Source: Faecousia sp. (GTDB lineage: Bacteria; Bacillota; Clostridia; Oscillospirales; Oscillospiraceae). Taken from it: a stretch of DNA of 64,000 nucleotides. The notes under the pieces were generated by a model. It saw nothing but the letters and a program-made list of their open reading frames with translations, did no database searches and was not told the DNA's origin. Positions 58,941 to 64,000 of the stretch are shown here, piece by piece. The stretch's first letter is position 1. Every line of letters begins with the position of its first letter. The DNA is taken from positions 8,764-72,763 of the forward strand of contig JAZQDH010000070.1 of the NCBI GenBank assembly GCA_045546655.1. Reading direction: 5' to 3'. The position numbers were made by a program, and so were the translations under genes.

Positions 58941-59954
58941 TTACTCTCCTTCAATGACTACCGCATGGCAAACGCCGGGAATGGGCAAACCCTGCTGCGT
59001 GGATGTTGGGGATAATAGAGCGCCAGTGCCGCAAAAAAGGATCTTCTTGAGTTTGCCCTTGCTGATTTCGTTTAATAAATAGGAGCATAGCGTAGCACCG
59101 CTGCAGCCGCAACCGGAACCGCCTGCATGAACATCCTGCTTGACCGCATCAAAGATCAATGTGCCGCAGTCTGTGATCTTGCCGCACAGATTGATCCCAG
59201 CTTTTTCAGCAAGAATTAAAAGCACATCTTTGCCCAATTGCCCCAGGTCTCCGGTTACGATCAGATCGTAGTCATCAACAGTGGTATTAAAGTCCTCAAA
59301 ATGTGCCTGTATCGTTGCAAATGCGGATGGTGCCATAGCAGCACCCATATTGTTTGCGTCCTTAATACCAAGATCCGTAACGGTTCCGACAGTACATCCC
59401 GTGATTTTTGGGCCGTTGCCTTGCTGCTTTAAAAGCGCTGCGCCGGAACCGGTGACCGTCCACTGCGCTGTGGGTGTGCGTTGGCCGCCATAGCCGAGAG
59501 GGAATCTGTACTGCCGTTCCGAAGAGGCATAATGGGATGAAGTCAGTGCCACAGCGTTATCGAAGAAACCGCCGCCTACTGCCATAGAGGCCATCAGCAG
59601 GCTTTCTGCCATAGTTGAGCATGCTCCGTATAATCCAATGTGTGGTATGCCGGTATTTCTAAGGGTAAAGGACGAGCCAATACACTGGTTCAATAAGTCA
59701 CCGGAGAAAACCAGTCGAAAATCGCTTGTAGATATACCAGCCTTTTTTGCAAGCGTCTGCAGTGCTAATTGCTGCATTCGTTTTTCCGCCTGCTCCCATG
59801 TTCTCTGGCCAAAATAGGGATCGACCTGGCAAACATCGAAGTATTTTCTTAAAGGTCCCTGGGATTCTTTTTTACCGACAACGCTTGCCCAGTGTGTAAT
59901 TACAGGCGGTTTGTTGAGCCTGAAGCTTTGCCTGCCGCAATGTTGTGTTTGCAT
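58941..59954 (-). CDS. spoVAD: Stage V sporulation protein AD
   Basis: WEQAE, GDLLNQC, GLYGACSTMAE, ERQYRFP, GGSGCGCS; SigG-like TAATA-N17-AATACTA upstream (59979-60007). Confidence 0.95.
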   Translation of the reverse strand: MQTQHCGRQSFRLNKPPVITHWASVVGKKESQGPLRKYFDVCQVDPYFGQRTWEQAEKRMQQLALQTLAKKAGISTSDFRLVFSGDLLNQCIGSSFTLRNTGIPHIGLYGACSTMAESLLMASMAVGGGFFDNAVALTSSHYASSERQYRFPLGYGGQRTPTAQWTVTGSGAALLKQQGNGPKITGCTVGTVTDLGIKDANNMGAAMAPSAFATIQAHFEDFNTTVDDYDLIVTGDLGQLGKDVLLILAEKAGINLCGKITDCGTLIFDAVKQDVHAGGSGCGCSGATLCSYLLNEISKGKLKKILFCGTGALLSPTSTQQGLPIPGVCHAVVIEGE

Positions 59955-60035
59955 ATTCCACCTCGCTGCATTTTTTGATAGTATTGACTGGAAAGCGGAA
60001 AGTATTACTAAGTTGCATTTGATCTTGAATCGAAC

Positions 60036-60080
60036 AAAAATGGCTTGCTGTCTGAATTGCCCAGACAGCAAGCCATTTTT
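60036..60080 (-). terminator. Terminator after the GSIII gene
   Basis: AAAAATGGCTTGCTGTCTG / CAGACAGCAAGCCATTTTT. Confidence 0.85.
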
Positions 60081-60107
60081 AAACGGAATGATTTATTGAT
60101 TTTATAA

Positions 60108-62192
60108 TTAGTAAAACAAAAGGTCGGAATATGTGGGGTATGGCCAGTATTTTTTATCGGTCAACTGTTCCAGAATATCGGCATCCATCCTGAGCGATTC
60201 CATATCCGCCACGATCACATCGTGATAGTAGGAAACTGCTTTTTCCGCCACAGCCGGGGCGTTGTCCAAATCAATCCGGAGCTTTTCACATTTTTGGTAA
60301 ACAGCATCCGTTGTGGCTGACAGTTTGCCGATCAGCGCATCCTCAGCCGTACAGGGAATGGACAGCTGTTTTTTTGCCAGCATACTCTCGCACAGAGATT
60401 TTGTATAGGAAATCGCTGCCGGCAGGATTTGGTGCAGGATCATATCTACACTTGTACGTGCCTCGATGTTGATAATCTTGCAATAGGCTTCCAGATGGAT
60501 CTCGTGCCGGGCAAGGAATTCCTCACGGGTGTAAATACCGCGCTTGACCACAAGATCAAGGTTTTTTTGGTCAATATACGTGGGGAGGGTATGGGCCGTG
60601 GAACGAAGATTGCTCAAGCCGCGAAGCTGTGCCTCATCCTCCCATTCCTTAGAGTAATTGTTGCCGTTGAACAAAATGCGCTTGTGGGCAGTAAATGTAT
60701 CGCAGACAAGAGACTGCAGGGCACTATCAAAATCATCCGCCTGTTCCAGAATGTCAGCGAACTTCCCGAGCTCCTCTGCCATAATGGTGTTGAGGGTAAT
60801 ATTGGGACCGGCAATGGACATAGAGGAACCAAGCATACGCAGCTCAAATTTATTGCCTGTAAACGCAAGGGGGGAGGTGCGGTTGCGGTCGGTTGTGTCT
60901 TTGGGAATCGCCGGCAGTACGTCAACGCCGATGCGAATAAGGCTCTTCTCGGGATCGGTGTAGTTTGTGCCGTTAATAATCGAATCTACAACAGCATACA
61001 ATTCATCCCCCAGGAAAATGGAGACAATTGCGGGGGGCGCTTCGTTTGCCCCAAGACGGTGGTCGTTACCGGCAGAAGCGACGGAGCATCTGAGCAGGTC
61101 CTGGTATTCATCGATGCCCTTTACAAATGCAGCCAGGAATACCAAAAACTGCGCGTTCTGCCGGGGCGTCTTTCCGGGACTGAACAGATTCTTGCCGGAA
61201 TCAGTAGTCAGAGACCAGTTGTTGTGCTTTCCGGAGCCATTTACGCCGGCGAAGGGTTTTTCGTGAAGCAGACAGACCAGATTATGTTTGGCAGCACACT
61301 TTTTCATAATCATCATGATCAGCTGGTTGGCATCACAAGCGCTGTTGACATCGGAGTAGATGGGTGCCAGCTCATGCTGACAGGGCGCGGCCTCGTTGTG
61401 TTTGGTTTTGGACAGGATACCCAGGCGCCAGAGCTGTTCATCAAGATCCTGCATGAATTTTGATACTCTGGTACGGATCGTACCGAAATAGTGGTCATCC
61501 AGCTCCTGACCCTTTGGGGGCACAGCACCGAAGAGGGTACGACCCGTCAGCCGCAGATCTTCCCGCTGTGCATACAGATCTTTGGGCAGCAGGAAGTACT
61601 CTTGTTCAGCACCTACGGAAACAACGACCTTTTGTGTTTCCTGATCGCCAAACAGGCGCAGGATGCGAACAGCTTCTCTTGAAACCTCGTCAATAGAACG
61701 CAGCAGGGGGGTCTTTTTGTCCAGGGCGGCGCCGGTAAAAGAGAAGAAACAGGTAGGTATGTAAAGACTTCCGTCCTTAACAAAGGCAAATGCAGTGGGG
61801 TCCCAGGCGGTATAGCCACGGGCCTCAAATGTGGCGCGCAATCCGCCGGAAGGGAAGGAGGAAGCGTCCGGTTCGCCGCGGACCAGGGCAGAGCCGGAAA
61901 ACTCCATAATCACTTTTCCATCTTCGGTGGGCGAAATGAAGGAATCATGCTTCTCAGCGGTAATTCCGGTCATTGGCTGAAACCAGTGGGTATAGTGGGT
62001 AGCACCTTTTTCAATTGCCCAGAGTTTCATAGCTTCTGCAATCTCATTGGCAACGGAAATGTCCAGGGATGTGCCGGTTGCAATGCATTGCTTCCAGGAA
62101 CTATATACATTTGGCGCTAGGCGCTGCTTCATAACGGCTTCGTTGAAAACGTCACAGCCGAAAATCTCGGGTATATTTATGTTTTGGCTCAT
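60108..62192 (-). CDS. Glutamine synthetase type III
   Basis: THWFQPMTGITAEKHDSF, EPDASSFPSGG, HEKPFAGVNGSGKH, DRNRTSP; promoter TTGCAA-17-TAAAAT upstream. Confidence 0.95.
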   Translation of the reverse strand: MSQNINIPEIFGCDVFNEAVMKQRLAPNVYSSWKQCIATGTSLDISVANEIAEAMKLWAIEKGATHYTHWFQPMTGITAEKHDSFISPTEDGKVIMEFSGSALVRGEPDASSFPSGGLRATFEARGYTAWDPTAFAFVKDGSLYIPTCFFSFTGAALDKKTPLLRSIDEVSREAVRILRLFGDQETQKVVVSVGAEQEYFLLPKDLYAQREDLRLTGRTLFGAVPPKGQELDDHYFGTIRTRVSKFMQDLDEQLWRLGILSKTKHNEAAPCQHELAPIYSDVNSACDANQLIMMIMKKCAAKHNLVCLLHEKPFAGVNGSGKHNNWSLTTDSGKNLFSPGKTPRQNAQFLVFLAAFVKGIDEYQDLLRCSVASAGNDHRLGANEAPPAIVSIFLGDELYAVVDSIINGTNYTDPEKSLIRIGVDVLPAIPKDTTDRNRTSPLAFTGNKFELRMLGSSMSIAGPNITLNTIMAEELGKFADILEQADDFDSALQSLVCDTFTAHKRILFNGNNYSKEWEDEAQLRGLSNLRSTAHTLPTYIDQKNLDLVVKRGIYTREEFLARHEIHLEAYCKIINIEARTSVDMILHQILPAAISYTKSLCESMLAKKQLSIPCTAEDALIGKLSATTDAVYQKCEKLRIDLDNAPAVAEKAVSYYHDVIVADMESLRMDADILEQLTDKKYWPYPTYSDLLFY

Positions 62193-62451
62193 CTTATCTT
62201 CCTTTCTGTCGGGGGACACAGATAACCGCTGGGAATTTACAAATCCTTTTCATTTTATGCCATAAACAATAGATTTGCAAGTGAGGAATCTATATAATTT
62301 TATATTCGTTTTGGGACAAAACTTGTACAATGAAACAAATGTAGCGAAATTCATTACAAAGAATGAAATTTACCCATTCGTATATTGCATTTTTGCAACG
62401 AAAGATGTATATTATATCCAGAAAAATTGAAAATAATGAAAGGGTGGTCAT

Positions 62452-63726
62452 ATGAGATATTCTTCTATGGACAAGGCACAGCTGGAAAAAGAATACCAGC
62501 TGCAAAAAGCGCATTTTGAGGAGTGCAAAGCACAGAATTTGAAATTGAATATGGCAAGAGGTAAGCCCTCCAAGCTTCAGCTGGATGCGGTCAGTGATAT
62601 TGTTGAGGTCATTAAATCCGGTGAAGACTGCATTTACGAGGGTATTGATGCCAGAAACTACGGTGAGCTCTCCGGCCTGCCCTGTGCGAAGGCGTATTGG
62701 GCCGATGTTCTTGGCTGCAAGGCCGAAAATATCTTCATTGGCGGTACCTCCAGCTTAACTTTGATGTTTGACATTATTTCCCGTGCGTACTCCCACGGCC
62801 TGCTCCACAGTGAGCGCCCCTGGGGTAAGGAAGACGTTGTTAAGTTCCTTTGCCCCAGCCCCGGCTATGACAGACATTTTCGCATTACTGAGTTCTACGG
62901 TGCGGAATTGATCGTGGTCCCGATGACACCCACTGGACCGGATATGGATGTAGTTGAGGAGTTGGTTAAAGATCCCCAGGTTAAGGGTATTTGGTGTGTT
63001 CCCAAGTATTCCAACCCCGATGGCATCGTTTATTCCGATGAAACGATCTTCAGATTTGCAAATCTGAAGCCAGCTGCGCCTGACTTCACCATTATGTGGG
63101 ACAATGCATATTGTGTCCACGAATTTGAGGGTGAGTTCCGGCCCTTCCCGGATATCATCTCTATGTGCGCCGAGGCAGGCAATCCGGATATGGTCTATGA
63201 GTTTGCCTCCACTTCTAAAATTACCTTTGCGGGCGGCGGCTTCTCCGCCTTTGCAACATCCAAGGCCAACGTGCAGTATATTTCCAAGCTGTTTGGCGTT
63301 CAGATGATCTCTCACGATAAGGTGAACCAGCTTCGCCACGTCCGTTATCTGAAGGATAAAGCCCATACTCTGGAAGTGATGAAGCGCCACGCAGCCCTGT
63401 TGGCACCGAAATTTAAGGTTGTTGCGGATGTGCTCACCAGGGAAATGCTTCCCTGTGGAATCGGCGACTGGATCACTCCTGCCGGCGGCTACTTTGTCAG
63501 TTATAATGCAATGCCCGGAACTGCTAAGCGCGGCCTGGAGCTGTGCAAGGAGGCTGGTGTTGAGATGACTCCCGCCGGTGCTACTTATCCGTACGGCAAA
63601 GACCCTCAGGACAGCAACATCCGTATCGCACCCAGTCTGCCTCCTGTTGCGGAGCTGGAAGTCGCTATGGACGTGTTCTGTACATGTATGAAACTGGCAG
63701 CGCTGGAAAAACTGATGGGTGTATAA
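62452..63726 (+). CDS. PLP-dependent class I/II aminotransferase (probably aspartate aminotransferase-like)
   Basis: LNMARGKP, PGYDRHF, VPKYSNPDG, WDNAY, STSKITF, NIRIAPS. Confidence 0.88.
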   Translation: MRYSSMDKAQLEKEYQLQKAHFEECKAQNLKLNMARGKPSKLQLDAVSDIVEVIKSGEDCIYEGIDARNYGELSGLPCAKAYWADVLGCKAENIFIGGTSSLTLMFDIISRAYSHGLLHSERPWGKEDVVKFLCPSPGYDRHFRITEFYGAELIVVPMTPTGPDMDVVEELVKDPQVKGIWCVPKYSNPDGIVYSDETIFRFANLKPAAPDFTIMWDNAYCVHEFEGEFRPFPDIISMCAEAGNPDMVYEFASTSKITFAGGGFSAFATSKANVQYISKLFGVQMISHDKVNQLRHVRYLKDKAHTLEVMKRHAALLAPKFKVVADVLTREMLPCGIGDWITPAGGYFVSYNAMPGTAKRGLELCKEAGVEMTPAGATYPYGKDPQDSNIRIAPSLPPVAELEVAMDVFCTCMKLAALEKLMGV

Positions 63727-63737
63727 GGTATTTACAT

Positions 63738-63764
63738 ATGGGCGGACTTTTGTCCGCCCATTTT
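63738..63764 (+). terminator. Intrinsic terminator
   Basis: ATGGGCGGAC-TTTT-GTCCGCCCAT followed by a T run. Confidence 0.8.
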
Positions 63765-63783
63765 CTTAAAGAGGGGGGATTAT

Positions 63784-64000
63784 ATGACAACAGCAAAGAT
63801 GAAACTGTATGCCAAGCGTGGAGAGCAGGTGGTCAGGAATCTGCGTTCACGCCACTTTGACGCATATTTTTGCGCTACAAAGGAAGATGCCCTGGAGAAA
63901 GCACTGGAATTGATTCCCAAGGGCGCAAGTGTTGGCTGGGGCGGCACGATGTCCGCGGTGGAAATTGGCCTTTTGGACGCGGTTAGGGCCGGTGAGTACA
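63784..64000 (+). CDS. LUD-domain (lactate utilization/YkgG-like) protein, truncated by the window end
   Basis: MTTAKMKLYAKRGEQVVRNLRSRHFDAYF..ALELIPKGASVGWGGTMS; GAGGGGG RBS. Confidence 0.75.
   Translation, partial: MTTAKMKLYAKRGEQVVRNLRSRHFDAYFCATKEDALEKALELIPKGASVGWGGTMSAVEIGLLDAVRAGEY

Noticed and set aside
62220-62450. ANTAR twin hairpins, GlnR or CodY sites between GSIII and the aminotransferase
   Set aside because: No ANTAR loop motifs; the best CodY-like match has about 4 mismatches in AT-rich DNA.

Overview
A core-genome segment from a spore-forming Firmicute. Gene content and protein style suggest Clostridia, probably Oscillospiraceae (inference). No integrase, transposase, prophage or CRISPR array was seen. 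In order, the window holds: smpB-cyclophilin-tmRNA followed by a palindromic element built from copies of the tmRNA 3' end; an SOS-boxed small gene plus dinB; a ~610-nt OLE RNA heading oapA-dxs-tlyA-nadK-argR-recN; T-box-regulated tyrS and cysS; queA-tgt-yajC; copA; polA-rimI-tsaD; an orphan DnaA-box cluster; a complete shikimate/Phe/Tyr operon; a divergent pair of a degenerate Ser/Thr kinase receptor and a Zn-ribbon/Ig membrane protein; ispE-spoIIR; addBA; spoVAD-spoVAE; GSIII; and an aminotransferase. The two strongest signals are both absent from the ORF track. (1) A 20-aa Phe/Tyr-rich leader peptide (MNTMNAALFFYNYYYFFSLK) with complete alternative hairpins forms a ribosome-mediated attenuator for the aro operon. 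(2) A 44-aa peptide that is 86% Asn/Gln sits downstream of spoVAE with its own RBS and a forespore-type promoter. All calls come from reading the sequence by eye; no database searches were run.
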